60,845 bases of DNA from Octopus sinensis (Eukaryota): NCBI RefSeq assembly GCF_006345805.1, contig NW_021834465.1:1-60845 (forward strand), in the 5' to 3' direction. The translations under genes were made by a program, and so were the position numbers. A model generated the notes under the pieces. The model searched no databases. It had not been told where the DNA came from and saw only the letters and a program-made list of their open reading frames with translations. Within the stretch, counting starts at the first letter, position 1. Each line of letters starts with the position of its first letter. Positions 1-12,794 of the stretch are shown one piece after another.

Positions 1-2346
1 AAAAAAATTTTTTTTTTTTAAAAGTTAATTAAAATACCTGAGCAGCAACAGCTCTCACATCGACAATGCTCTTCTCAATACGTGTGATGTACCAGTTAAG
101 ACAATCTTTTGCACTTCTTGCAGGGATGGTAAGCCAGGGATCATTCTCATATAATTTTCGGCTCCCTTCTTGATCATTCCTAGTGCTCCTACGATCACTG
201 GTATTGTACCGCCTTGAGATGCCACATTTTCTCAATTTCAATGAGTAGGTCTTTATATTTTCTGAGCTTGTCAACTCTTTCGCGCTGAGATATTATGATC
301 ACAGGGGATGCTCATGTCGATCAATAAGCAAACTTTATTGATTTGGTCTTTCACAACAATATCTGGTTTATTGGCCTTGATGGTTCGGTCTGTATGTACT
401 GGAAAGTCCCACAGAACGGTTACATTTTCTCCTTCAGTTACAGCCTCAGGGTGGTGATTATACCACTTGTCGGCAGTTTTGATATTGTAATGCCGACTTA
501 TTAGCCAGTGGAGATATTGGCCAACTCTGTCATGTCTTAATTTATACTCCACTGGTGCTAAGACTTTACATCCAGAGATTAGGTGGTCCACTGTTTCAAT
601 CATGTCGTTGCAGAATCGGCATTTTGGGTCTGCTCCATTTTTCATCACATTGGCCTGGTAGTTCCGGGTTAATAGGCTTTGATCTTGAGCAGCCAGGATG
701 AAACCTTCGCTCTCTGCTTTTAGCCCTGAGCTTCGTAGCCACTGATGGGTTTGCTTCTGGTCAACACCAGCTTGTTTGCTGCGGGTCACATATTTGCCGT
801 GCAGAGGTTTCTCCTCCCACCTATCAGCCAATTGCTCGTGCGCTTTTTTCATTGCCATCATTTTCACCTTCTTTGCAACAATAGTTGCCGTACTTCCCTC
901 GGGTTGTTCAGTTCGGGTATCCTGCACGAGATCAATAGCAAATTTTTTGCTTTCCTTTTATGATAGAATGAAGCTTCTTTCGTCTCTCGTGATTTTCCAC
1001 GAGCTTTAGCATCCAGTCATTCGATATTTCGAGATATTTGGCCAGTCCAATTGTGGTTGGTTTGTAAGCTAGTTCAAATTGGATCAGGCCTCCACCTCCT
1101 TGGGCTCTGGGAAGGTAAAGGCGATCTACGTCTGCCTTTGGGTGGTGCATCCTATTACAACTCAGCAGCTTGTGTATTTTCCTATCTATATTCTTTACTT
1201 CACTCATATTCCAGTTCAACACATTGTAGCTATAAGTAACAACTGGAACTGCTAAGGAATTTATAGCTAACACCTTGTTACGTGCATTTAGTTCAGATTT
1301 CAGGACTGCACGAACTCTCCTATAACATTCCTTCCTGATTTTCTCTTTCATGCTTGCATGCTGAATACCAGAGCCTTCATTTATCCCTAAATATTTGTAT
1401 GTTTGTTCTTGCTCAAGCTCTCTTATGACTGTGTCAACATCTAACACGACTGAATTTGTGGTCTTCACTTTCCCTTTCTGGAAAGTGGCCTTGGCACACT
1501 TCTCAAGTCCAAACTCCATCCCGATGTCATCGCTGGATGCTTTCACGGTGCGCAATAGGCCTTCAAGTTCATTATTGTCTTTACCATAAAGTTTTAAGTC
1601 ATCCATATAAAATAGATGGCTTATTTTTTTATTGGCAATTTTATACCCATACCCTGTTCTGTTTAATTCACTTGCAATTCCACAGTTGATGTTTATATTT
1701 TCTGAGGCAAGTACTCCATTAGAGTGGTATAATTGGAGATTCGTATTCCACAACGACATATTGTGCTTCAGGAAATTTGAAATCACAGGGGAAATTTTAA
1801 AGATGTCCAGCGATCTCAAGATCCATGGATGCGGTATACTGTCGAAGGCCTTTTTATAGTCAATCCATGCGGTGCTGAGATTTCTGCGCTTGTTGTGACA
1901 GTTCTCAAGGATCATACGATTGATTAGCAGTTGATCTTTGCATCCGTAAGAGCCTCGGCGGCACCCTTTTGTTCAATGGGGAAAATATCGTTCTTCTCCA
2001 TGAATGCATATGTTTTCTCCGCCAGGATAGATGTTAGGATTTTATACGTGGTGGATAGACAGGTTATAGGCCGATAGTTTTTTGGAAGGTTGGTTTCGTT
2101 ATTCTTTGGAGTAGGTAAGTAATGCCACTTGCTAACCATTCAGGTGTTTTCTTTGGGTCTCTCATAATTCCATTGAGCAGCTGAACTAGCTTACCGTGTG
2201 CGCATGGGAGCGATGCGAGCCAGAAATTCGGCACCCTATCTTTACCGGGGATTTCCAATTATGGGCCTTCGTGAGTGCCTTTCTTAGGTCTGCTATTGTG
2301 ATGTCTTCCCATGCTTGTTGTTGTAAATTTTGGTAGGATCCTTCAG

Positions 2347-2347
<1 letters not shown>
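1..2347 (-). mobile_element. 5'-truncated, frameshifted R4/Dong-clade non-LTR retrotransposon (RT + CCHC knuckle + restriction-like endonuclease)
   Basis: Minus ORFs 2064-2258, 1924-2139, 932-1915, 271-927 and 29-274 concatenate into one ORF. Motifs: NYRPITCL, WIDYKKAFDSIPH, FYMDDLKLY, YKYLG, CRFC-x8-HLISGC knuckle, RHD, and NKPDIVVKD..CLLIDMSIP (PD-(D/E)xK). The 5' junction abuts a (TAA)n tract at 2349-2405; the 3' UTR runs off the window start. Confidence 0.93.
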
Positions 2348-2404
<57 letters not shown>

Positions 2405-2526
2405 GCTAATATTTGTATCATTGTCGTAGCGACGTTAATTTTGCATTTTTATTACTCGTGTCACTTGGAAAAGTATCAATCATAGGAATAATAATAATTA
2501 TTATTATAATAAAAATAATAACAATA

Positions 2527-2558
<32 letters not shown>

Positions 2559-2579
2559 AAAAAATAATAATAATGATGA

Positions 2580-3205
2580 TTTCATTTATTTGCCACAAGG
2601 GCGAAGAAGGAGGGCAAAACAAAGAGAGACATAGTGTGGGTGTTTACATATGAAATGATAAAAAAAAGGGTGGGGTAAGTATACACGGTATACATGAAAA
2701 AGTAGGGACATATGCATAGGATACAAAGTTTTAAAAAGAGAAGGCGACGGAGCAGATGATAGAGATGTAGCCCTCCTGATACTGGAGGACCTCTAGGGAT
2801 ACTCGAGGAAACCTACTGTCCGAGATTTCTTTGAACACCAAGAGCAAGTGTCCTCTCCAATTCTTTCTCTCCAACTTACAGGTATACACTGAGAGAGGTA
2901 CAATACACTCTTGCCATTTTCGCAACTTTGATCCTCCTTTCAATAAACTCAATCGAGGACCGCATTTCTATCTCCACTCTCAATTTCCTTTTCAAGTGAA
3001 ACTTGAAAAAGTCATTGATTGCTTTACCAAAGAGGAATGTATCTGACCTCATACCTTTCAGCTTTGTCCACCAAACAATCTCTTTCGCCACAGCCACCAA
3101 ACAATCTCTTTCGCCACAGCCACCAAACAAAGGAAAACTGCTTTGCCTTCCCGATTGAAAGAGGGCGGTGGGGCAATTGTTACTACAAACTTGGCCGACA
3201 GGCAA
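2580..3205 (-). mobile_element. 3' end of Tx1/L1-like LINE (ORF2 C-terminus + 3' UTR + AATAAA)
   Basis: The minus strand translates LSAKFVVTIAPPPSFNREGKAVFLCLVAVAKEIVWWTKLKG...FFKFHLKRKLRVE, with a 26-bp tandem duplication at 3068-3119. It ends GCCCTTGTGGCAAATAAATGAA followed by (ATC/ATT)n. It overlaps in protein coordinates with the fragments at 28.4 and 37.5 kb. The clade call is from memory. Confidence 0.7.
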
Positions 3206-3206
3206 A

Positions 3207-3805
3207 ATCTCCTGATATCAGAAAAAAGATCAGTAGCAACAGAATAGATGATTTGAGACAGACCAGAGGCGATTTTATAACCAAATAAATGGTGGAAAAC
3301 GAAGTACTGAAGGTGAGAAACCTAATGCAGTGGAAGCTAGAAAGTTCTGGAGTAATATTTGGGATGAACCAGTTAATTGTAATAGAGATGCAATACGGTT
3401 AAAGAAAGTGAGTGAAGAAATAGTGAGAAGCAGCCAAATTTAAGATTAACTAGTGCATTAATGAGTAAAGTGTTAAGAAAAATGCAGAAATAGAAGGACC
3501 CAGGACCAGATTTAGTTCAAGGATAGTGACTAAAGAAATTCAGTAGTTTCTATGAGAGGCTGAGGGAACAACTTCAGGATTGCCTTAATGGCGGAATAAT
3601 ACCATATTGGATGACTAGAGAGAGAACAATACACACTATGAAAGATAAGAACAAGGGTAATGCAGCTAGCAACTATAGACCAATCACTTGCTTACCATTA
3701 GTGTAGAAGCTGTTAACAAGAATGTTTTCAGAAAGCATTTACGAGCACCTTCACAACCAGAATTTTCTGCCAGAAGAACAGAAAGGTTGCAGGAAGAAGG
3801 CTAGT
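3207..3805 (+). mobile_element. Degraded R4/Dong-type LINE fragment (N-terminal part of RT)
   Basis: Translates FWSNIWDEP...GPDLVQG...NYRPITCLPLV*KLLT...LPEEQKGCRK with stops and frameshifts. It is homologous to, but divergent from, the 1-2347 element. Confidence 0.85.
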
Positions 3806-5057
3806 TGAGTATCTATCAATGATAAAACCAAACAAGGTCGAAATCCAATGATCTGGTAGTCTTGGTGCTGGAGGTAGCGAGGATTTATCTCCCCGCTAGC
3901 GATTTAAACAAGGGTGAATTTTGCACCGAAAAGAGCCAATATTAGAGTTTCTCTCATAGTATCCACCACAGTATAGTTTGTTCTAACAGAACATCCACAT
4001 TTAAGAGAGTATAAATATTACTTCGCTGTATTAACACTGCTTCTGTCACTAATATAGAAATAAAATAGATTTTCAAAAAATATAAAAATAATAATCCTTT
4101 CCAATCATGGGAACTATCAGTGATATCATCGTATTGAGCCCCACGCGAATTCCAGGCTATATGTAATGCAACTACTTTGTAAGCTATAATAGAATATTGT
4201 AAAATATTTTTCATTATTATTGCTTATTTTTGTTGTTGTTGCTGATGTTGTTGTTGTTGGTGTTGCCGTTGTTATGTTGTTTCCTTCCTTTTTAGTTTTA
4301 TTCTTTAAAACTTTTTAATCCTAAAGATATCGGTAATGATTGCGTAAAATATAAATTAAGTATTTGGTAATAATGCTTCTTCCCATCTCCTCGTTTTAGC
4401 TAATTTAACTCAATTAACCAAGCTAATATAACGTCTGGCTTCACATAATTAATCTTTTAGCACCAGCGTACAAGAAATATTTAAAAGTGTAAATAAACGA
4501 AAAAGAAAATACGAAAAGAAAAGAAAAAAATAAGTCCATAATGCAGAAGATAAAAGCAATAAGAACAAAATCAACATTAATAATAATAACAACAGCAACA
4601 ATAGTAATAATGATAATAATAAATATAATAATAATAATAACAATAACAACAACAAAAGCAACAACGATAGTACTAATAGTAATAACAATAAAAATAATAA
4701 TGATAGCAGCAGCAGCAACAACAACATCAACAACAATGATAATAATAATAATGATATTCGCGAGTGTGATGGTGATCGCAATAATGATGATGATGATGAG
4801 GATTTTGTTGATGAAGATGTTGATGAAGTTGACGGTGTTGATGGGTGAAAACGAAAGTAAACAATATGGCTGCTATATTAGCGGTTGTCGTTAATGTTGC
4901 TTTTAGTTACAGGTTTACGACTGTTATTGTCATCAACGGTGGCCATATTGTCATATCGTGAAAACGTTGCTGTCATTATGATAATATGCTTGCTAAATGC
5001 AACTGAAGATAAATGCTAAAATACACTTAGTCTATCAAACATATACATTTACAAACA

Positions 5058-5093
<36 letters not shown>

Positions 5094-5137
5094 TATATAT
5101 ATATACAGTATATATATGTGTATGTATGTATATATAT

Positions 5138-5172
<35 letters not shown>

Positions 5173-5400
5173 CCATGTATATATATGTGTATATATGTAT
5201 ATATGTATATATATGTATATATATATGTATATATATATAATATATATACACGTATACACATGTATATATATGTACATATAAATATATATATATATATATA
5301 CACACATACACATATGTGCTCGATATGTTGCAGCTAATGCACATGGCTATTAAAATGCTCATTACTTGCTTGCTGGGAAATGCCTTCTTTCTGTTAAAAT

Positions 5401-5436
<36 letters not shown>

Positions 5437-5545
5437 GTAGTATGTGTGTGTGTGAGTCTGTGCGTATGTATTTGTGCGACCAACTAATAATGCTTATCCT
5501 GGTTTTATGGAAATGTCCGAATATAACAGGAATTTTCTTCAGTAT

Positions 5546-6137
5546 TCTTTTACTCTTTTACTTGTTTCAGTCATTTGACTGTGGCCATGCTGGAGCACCA
5601 CCTTTAGTCGAGCATATCGACCCCAGAGCTTATTCTATCGGTCTCTTTTATCGAACTGCTAATTTACTAGGAAGTAGACACACCAGCATCGGTTGTCAAG
5701 TAATGTTGGGGTGGACAAACAGTCACACAAACACACACACACATATATATACATATACATATATACGACGAGCTACTTCCAGTTTCCGTCTACCAAATCC
5801 ACTCACAAGGCTTTGGTCGGCCTGAGGCTATAGTAGAAGACACATGCCCAAGGTGCCACGCAGTGAGACTGACCGCTAAATTACGGGGAGGTAAACACAC
5901 CAGCTTCGGTTGTCAAGTGATGTTAGGGGGACAAACACAGAATCACAAACACACACACACACATATATATACATATATACAACGGGCTTCTTTTCAGTTT
6001 CCGTCTACCAAATCCACTCACAAAGCTTTGGTCGGTTCGAGGCTATAGTAGAAGACACTTGCCCAAGTTGCTACGCAGTGGCACTGAACCCGGAACCCTG
6101 TGGTTGTTAAGCAAGTTACTTACCACACAGCTACTCA
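5546..6137 (-). mobile_element. SINE family A, chimeric copy with duplicated middle
   Basis: Head+middle at 6137-5870 is joined to middle+tail at 5872-5546; the GTAAAAGA tail is at 5546-5565. Confidence 0.85.
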
Positions 6138-6509
6138 GTTTACAGTTCTATCCCACATGTCTGCTTCATATTCTCTGAGGATGATTTACATTTATCCCAA
6201 AATATGTATCAGTAACTATTCATGAGGAGAGATTTGGATGTTATTTCTAACAAGTCGAGCTGCTGCGAGGAAGCACCCTCTTTAGCTGATTGCCTTTAAA
6301 TTCTCTCCACAATTTTTGAGCTCCTCGCAACTTGACGAAACAACGAAATGAGAGAAGTGCATAAATTATGTTAATGCTGCAAGCTTCTTCATCATTTAAC
6401 CGGAAGCAAGTGACTTTCTGTAAGATTTAAAATCTTTCGATTTTCGTTCAGCTTCAGGAAATCAATGGCGGTCTGAAGGAGCTGGTTTGAAAGAAAATAG
6501 GCACCGCAA

Positions 6510-6650
6510 TGTAAATAAGGAGGTCGCTCAGTATCCATATGGTTTCTGGTTCGGTTCCACAGCGCGGCACACTAGGCAAGTGTCTTCTACAATAGCACCA
6601 GTCCCCCCACTGCCTTGCGAATGAATTTGGTCGACAAAAACCGCGTGATG
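6510..6650 (+). mobile_element. Diverged SINE family A head
   Basis: GGTTCGGTTCCACAGCGCGGCACACTAGGCAAGTGTCTTCTAC matches the family A B-box and CORE-like segment. Confidence 0.6.
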
Positions 6651-7388
6651 CATACACACGCGCGCGCATACATACATACACACATACATACATACATACA
6701 TATATAAGGGGGTTTTTCCTTGTGTAGTTGTCTTGTACTCTGTTTTTTCGTTGTTAAAGGAATGGTCCGTTCCATGCTGTTTTTACGTTTTCGTTTCTCG
6801 TTGAGTTCTACGTCTATTTGTGGTGTCCTGTACACACGTATATATATTTATATATGCATGTATATATACATGTAGATGTAGGTACGTACATATATGTTTG
6901 TATGTATGCATATATTTTATTTATTACACTATTGTATGACTGAGCGCCTTCGCGTCGATTCGATTTGATTCGTTTGGTTTCGTTTCGTTTCTTCTTCTTC
7001 TCTAAGCTGGTTTATATATATATATATATTTCAAACAAATTTATTTTAATATGAGGTAGGACTGACTTTGGCAATAATTACAGCTTGAATTCTACGAGGT
7101 ATAGACTCGTACAAAGTTTGAATTGTTTCCAAAGGAATGTTTGTCTATTCTTCAGCTAAAACAGTCTCCAGTTCTTGTAGTGATGATGGTGGAGGATATC
7201 GACTCCTTACTTGTTTTTCTAAAATGCACCATAAATGTTCAATAATATTGACTTTTGGGGACTGTGGTGGCCAGATAAGATGTTCAACTTCACTAGAATA
7301 TTCCTCGTGCTATTCAGTAAAAACTTTAGGTGTGTGAATTGGTGCATTATCATCCTGAAAGATTGCGCATCCTTCCGGTACAGTTCTG

Positions 7389-7751
7389 CAACCATAGTTC
7401 CGTCCCACTGCGTGGCATCTTGGGCAAGTGTCTTCTACTATAGCCGCGGGCCGATCAAAGCCTTGTGAGTGGATTTGGGAGACGGAAACTGAAAGAAGCC
7501 CGTCGTATATATGTATTTATGTATATGTATATATATGTGTCTGTGTTTGCCCTCCCCCCTCCCAACATCGCTTGACAACCGAAGCTGGTGTGTTGACGTC
7601 CCCGTAATTTAGCGGTTCGGCAACAAAGACTGATAGAATAAGTACTAGGCTTACCAAAGAAATAGTCCTCGGGTCGATTTCCTCGACAAAAGGCGGTGCT
7701 CCAGCATGGCCGCAGTCAAACAGACTGAAACAAGTAAAAGAGTAAAAGAGT
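7389..7751 (+). mobile_element. SINE family A (5'-truncated)
   Basis: Contains CTTGGGCAAGTGTCTTCTACTATAGC, a central (TA)/(TG) tract and the GACTGAAACAAGTAAAAGAGTAAAAGAG tail. Confidence 0.9.
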
Positions 7752-8461
7752 AATAGGACACTGAAAAGATTTGAACTCAGAACCCAGACAATAAATTCTG
7801 CGCTGCTAAACAGACGTTGTCTCCTTTATTATGAAGGATGCTCACAATTTCTTTTAGGGGCCGCTGTCAAGTGATCCTTGATTGAGACATTGTATAGTTG
7901 TCACTCCCTCTTAATGTAGAAGTAAGTATGACTGACGCGTGCGTTTACTAAACAGAAGCAAAACACAGACAAAATGACTGACAAGCATACACGCAGAGAT
8001 GTAGTGCGACGCCGCCGCCGCCGCCGCCGCTGCTGCTGCTGCTGCTGCCATCGCCAGCACCGTCACCACAACAACACCCGCCTTTTATTTCAGTCCCTCT
8101 CCTGTCCTACCGATCTCTACGCCGATGCCTGTATTTCTGGCCTACATTCTCAGTCTTTCGGACGAGCGTCGAGGAAGTAGATCCTGATGGTGGTGGTGGT
8201 GGTGGTGGTGGTGGTGGCGGTGGCGGGGGGTGTTGGTGGTGGTGGTGGTGGTGGTGGTGGTGGTGGTGGTGGTGGAGTAGCGGGTTGTGGTGTGGTTGGC
8301 GAGGGTGAGGAGGTGCACTCGAGCGAATAAGACAGAACGCTGCAAGGAGTGAAACCAGCAGGGTACAGCACGTGCCGCCTGCGTATCCTCTCTCCCTCTC
8401 TTTCTTTCCCCCCTCTCTCTCTCTGTCTCTTTCTCTGTCTCTGTCTCTCTGTCTCTTTCTT

Positions 8462-8502
<41 letters not shown>

Positions 8503-8942
8503 TTCTCATTTTACGTTTTGCGTTTCATTACGGCAACTGACCCCAGACTGAGAAGTCGAAGGGTGGATGGATACCTTGTTGAAGTCTACTTGAACGAGGA
8601 GTGTTACAATAGCACTCCACTCATTTAACCAAGCACTACCACCAGCTTTTCTAGCTGTAAGCACACACACACACTGACATACACATACACACACAAACAC
8701 AAACACAGACACGCACGCGCATGCGTTGGCGCATGGATTTACTCTCTCACATTTCAACGCCTCATATGTACAACAAATTTAATCGTTCATTCGCGCGTTT
8801 AAAAATACATACACATTATTGCACACACACACAAACACACACACAGAAAAACACTCATCTCTCTTTGTGATTCTCCCTCTTTCTCCACCCTCGCTCAACT
8901 CTGTCTCGTCTGTCTCTTTCTTTCTTATATATATATATATAT

Positions 8943-9998
8943 AGCGACTGAAGAAGGGGATTTTCGTTGTGCTTATTGTCCTGTATCTCTTTTTTTTGCT
9001 TGTCTTGTTCCTTGGTTTGTGGTCTATGTTTTCGTATCTCTATGTGTTCGACGTCCTTTGGTGTCCTGTACTCATATATGCGTGTATATGTACATGTAGA
9101 GGTAGGTACGTACATATATGTTTATATATATGCATATGTTCTATTTTATTAACATATTATACGGACTAAACGCACGCACCCTATTAAGTAAGATTGTTCT
9201 GTTTATCAAGTTAGCCTTGATATTAACTCTCACGCGACTCTGCATCTTTCTTTCTTTCTCTCTCCATTCCCTTTTCGTCTTTTTTCCCTCACTTAAATTG
9301 TCTCTTCCTCTCTCTCTCATTCTTCATTCTCTTCTCCCTTTCACCATTTTCATGGTCTCCTCGCACCATTCCCCTTCTTCTCTCTCTCCTCTTGCTCCCT
9401 CTCCCCATTCCCGTCGTCCATCTGCGACGATACTTCCGTCGTAACTGCTATCATGTCTTTCTCGCCCGCCTTCAAGGCTACTGGTCGACACATTTTCTCT
9501 CTCTCGTCGTCCACTATAATCCAGCGTTTGCAATACTTTTTTCGTCTGGCGTTAACAGACCTTCTTATCTTGTTCTCTTGTCCTGTTCTCCACTGTTATA
9601 TATTATTTTCCCACTGTTTATATATATATTTTTTACTGTTTATATGTTTGTACTGTCGTTACCGTCTTGCTTTTTTTTACCCCTCTGCGAAAAGATCTCA
9701 GATTTTAATTGATTTGCTTTTCGCAGGAAGGAAGTTTTTCGAAGTATAACGTCTGGCTTTATCCTTCGAACGTTTAGTAGATGAAACCTAGCGACTGAAG
9801 AAGGGGATTTTTCGTTGTGCTTATTGTCCTGTATCTCTTTTTTTGTGTTTGTCCTTTGGTTTGTGTCTATGTTTTCGTCTCTCTATGTGTTCGACGTCTT
9901 TTTGGTGTCCTGTACACATTATGCGTGTATATGTACATGTAGAGGTAGGTACGTACATATATGTTTATATAATGCATATGTTCTATTTTATTAACATA
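8943..9998. mobile_element. About 1.05-kb unit with ~210-bp terminal direct repeats (Penelope pseudo-LTR/TRIM-like), bounded by (TA)n
   Basis: 8943-9157 and 9790-9998 are near-identical, both starting AGCGACTGAAGAAGGGGATTTTCGTTG. A diverged third copy lies at about 6725-6935. The interior is non-coding and CT-rich. The class is uncertain. Confidence 0.55.
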
Positions 9999-10046
9999 TA
10001 TATATATATATATATATATAGTATATAATATATATATATAATATTA

Positions 10047-10094
<48 letters not shown>

Positions 10095-10095
<1 letters not shown>

Positions 10096-10520
10096 ACGTA
10101 GAAGAAGTGGTCGGTGTGGGATGTAGCTGCTTACCGCCACATGGTTCCGGGTTCAGTCCCACTACGTGGCCACCTGGGCAAGTGTCTTCTACTATAGCCT
10201 CGGGTCGACCAAAGCCTTGTGAGTGGATTTGGTAGACGGAAACTGAAAGGAGCCTCTGTGTGTGTGTGTGTGTGTGTGTGGGGTGTGTGTGTGTGTCTGT
10301 GTGTGTGTGTATGTTTGTGTGTCTGTGTTTGTCACCCCCAACATCGCTTGACATATATTTACGTCCCCATAACTTAGCAGTTCAGCAAAAGATACTGTTA
10401 GAATAAGTACTAGGCTTACAAAGAATAAGTCCTGGGGTCCATTTGCTCGACTAAAGGCGGTACCCCAGCAAGGCCACAGTCAAATGACTGAAACAAGTAA
10501 CAGAATAAAAGAAAAAAGAA
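10095..10520 (+). mobile_element. SINE family A, near full length
   Basis: tRNA-like head with B box GGTTCAGTCCC, CORE-like CCTGGGCAAGTGTC, central (TG)n and the family tail. Confidence 0.9.
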
Positions 10521-10579
10521 TACATAAGTTTCAGGGTAAAATGTTAGACGAGTACAGAGCGCAATATGATAATAATTCA

Positions 10580-10961
10580 TCTTCATATATAAAACGGCAG
10601 TTTGTCTGTGCGTGTGTGTTCTGTGTGTCTGTTTTGCTGTACCCTCACCCTGACACGGCTTTCAACCGATTCTGATGAAAACTTGACACACTCATAGCCC
10701 AATGTCATAATTCAAAACTAACGCAGCGAAAATTTTGAAAAGTTCCCCAGTTCTGAAAAAAATCGATAAATTCGACATGGGGTCGAGAATCAGAAACACA
10801 AACCACAGACTGTCTAGGGGACGCAAACTCGACCTTTTTAACATCTCAAAAAAATTACCATCATTTTTTCCCATTTTTTTGCTATTTTTGGCATAACTCT
10901 CTAAAAATGCTTTATAGTTATTTCCCTTACAAACCCGAGCAATGCCGGGCGATACTGCTAG
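10580..10961 (+). mobile_element. Non-autonomous Helitron (382 bp)
   Basis: Starts TC(TTCATATATAAAA) after an A. Ends with hairpin CCCGAGCAATGCCGGG followed by GATACTG-CTAG and then T. This gives the canonical A|TC...CTAG|T arrangement with no TSD. Confidence 0.85.
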
Positions 10962-11534
10962 TTAGCCTATAAAAGGATGTCTTGAGCAATATCCTATTGC
11001 TTCCTCAAATGTATTTAAATGCTTTCCTAAATGGACATAGACTTCATATTAACTGCTCCGAGGAAGCTGTAGGATGTTTCATAAGCACTACGCTCTGAGC
11101 GCCTTACATCTTGTAGCAGATACAGCTGTAAGCTAATGATTGTGATGACATAATCCCTGCACTTTGTCATTCATTAACTAATATATATATATATATCACT
11201 ATAAACGAATCATTTGGCAGGTCGTTCAACAAGAAATTGAAGAACTGTCTTTCTTGGACTACGAGAGACTACCATAACAATTTTAGATTGACACCTATAA
11301 TTACTGGGGCACTAATACTGAGAAATTGAGATTCGCTGAACCAGAAGAGACACGCTAATCAGAAAGTTGCGGTTAACAGCTATTAATGGAACTGAGAAAA
11401 GTTGTAGAATATTTTCGAACTTTAGAATATAACCATAAATATGTTTATACTCCCATACAAATACACACACAAACACGCACACATACACGCACAATCGCAC
11501 ACACACACGCACGTATATGGGGGGGTTATTGGTT

Positions 11535-11755
11535 CCAAATTTTCAATTTTGGCACAAGGCCTGCAATTTCACGAAAGGGTCCAAATCGATTATATCGATG
11601 CCAGTGTTCTACTGGTACTTATTTTATCGATCTCAAAAGAATGAAAGGCAAAGTCGACCTTGGCGGATTCTAAAATCAGAAACGTAAAGACAAATGAAAT
11701 GGCGCTCAACATTTCGCCCAGCATACTAAAGTTTCTGGCAGCCCACTGCCTTAAT
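11535..11755 (-). mobile_element. SINE family B (tail variant CTTGTGCCAAAATTGAAA)
   Basis: The minus strand carries GGTCGACTTTGCCTTTCATTCTTTTGAGATCGATAAAATAAGTACCAG, shared with the 13095-13335 copy. Confidence 0.8.
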
Positions 11756-11796
11756 ATAGACGAACATATTGATAAACAATTGTAACGTCATCCATA

Positions 11797-11827
11797 CTGG
11801 TATCCATCCATCCGTCCGTCCATCCAT

Positions 11828-11863
<36 letters not shown>

Positions 11864-11867
11864 CCAT

Positions 11868-11903
<36 letters not shown>

Positions 11904-11955
11904 CCATCCATCCGTCCATCCGTCCATCCGTCCGTCCATCCATCCATCCATCCAT

Positions 11956-11991
<36 letters not shown>

Positions 11992-12055
11992 CCATCCATC
12001 CGTCCATCCGTCCATCCGTCCGTCCATCCATCCGTCCATCCATCCATCCATCCAT

Positions 12056-12113
<58 letters not shown>

Positions 12114-12203
12114 GTCCATCCGTCCGTCCATCCATCCATCCATCCGTCCATCCGTCCATCCGTCTGTCCATTCGTCCATCCATCCATCCATCCATCCATC
12201 CAT

Positions 12204-12237
<34 letters not shown>

Positions 12238-12520
12238 GTCCATCCGTCCGTTCATTCGTCCATCCATCCATCCATCCGTCCATCCATCCATCCATCCGTC
12301 CGTCCATCCGTCCATCCATCCATCCATCCATCTATGAATCCATCCATCCATCTATGAATCCATCCATCCATCCATCCATCCATCCATCCACCCATCCATC
12401 CATCCATCCATCCATTCATCCATCCATCCATCCGTCCATCCGTCCATCCGTCCATCCATTCATCCATCCATCCGTCCATTCGTCCATCCATCCGTCCATC
12501 CATTCGTCCATCCATCCATC
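11797..12520. repeat. About 720-bp (CCAT)n/(CCGT)n tetranucleotide array
   Basis: Direct inspection; it is the source of the MDGW/HPSI pseudo-ORFs. Confidence 0.97.
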
Positions 12521-12639
12521 TGTTTGCAAATACTTCTATGCTTACATACGCATATACAGTGGTTCACATATATGCACCTACATATATTCGTACATACATG
12601 GGGTATATGCATTCGTACATTCATGTACAAATACATACA

Positions 12640-12790
12640 CATACATACATACATACATCAATACATATATACGTGCATGCATACGTGCATACATACATAC
12701 ATACATACATACATACATACATACATACATACATACATACATGCATGCATACATACATACATACATACATGCATGCATATATACATGCAT
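12640..12790. repeat. (CATA)n microsatellite, the 5' flank of R4 copy 1, interrupted by the RTE insertion
   Basis: Direct inspection; the tract continues at 13722-13757. Confidence 0.95.
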
Positions 12791-12794
12791 GGAT

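Noticed and set aside
6167-6230. Hammerhead relic CTGAGGA-T-GAT..ATC-CCAAAA
   Set aside because: G12 is lost and stem I is unsupported, making it too degenerate to call.
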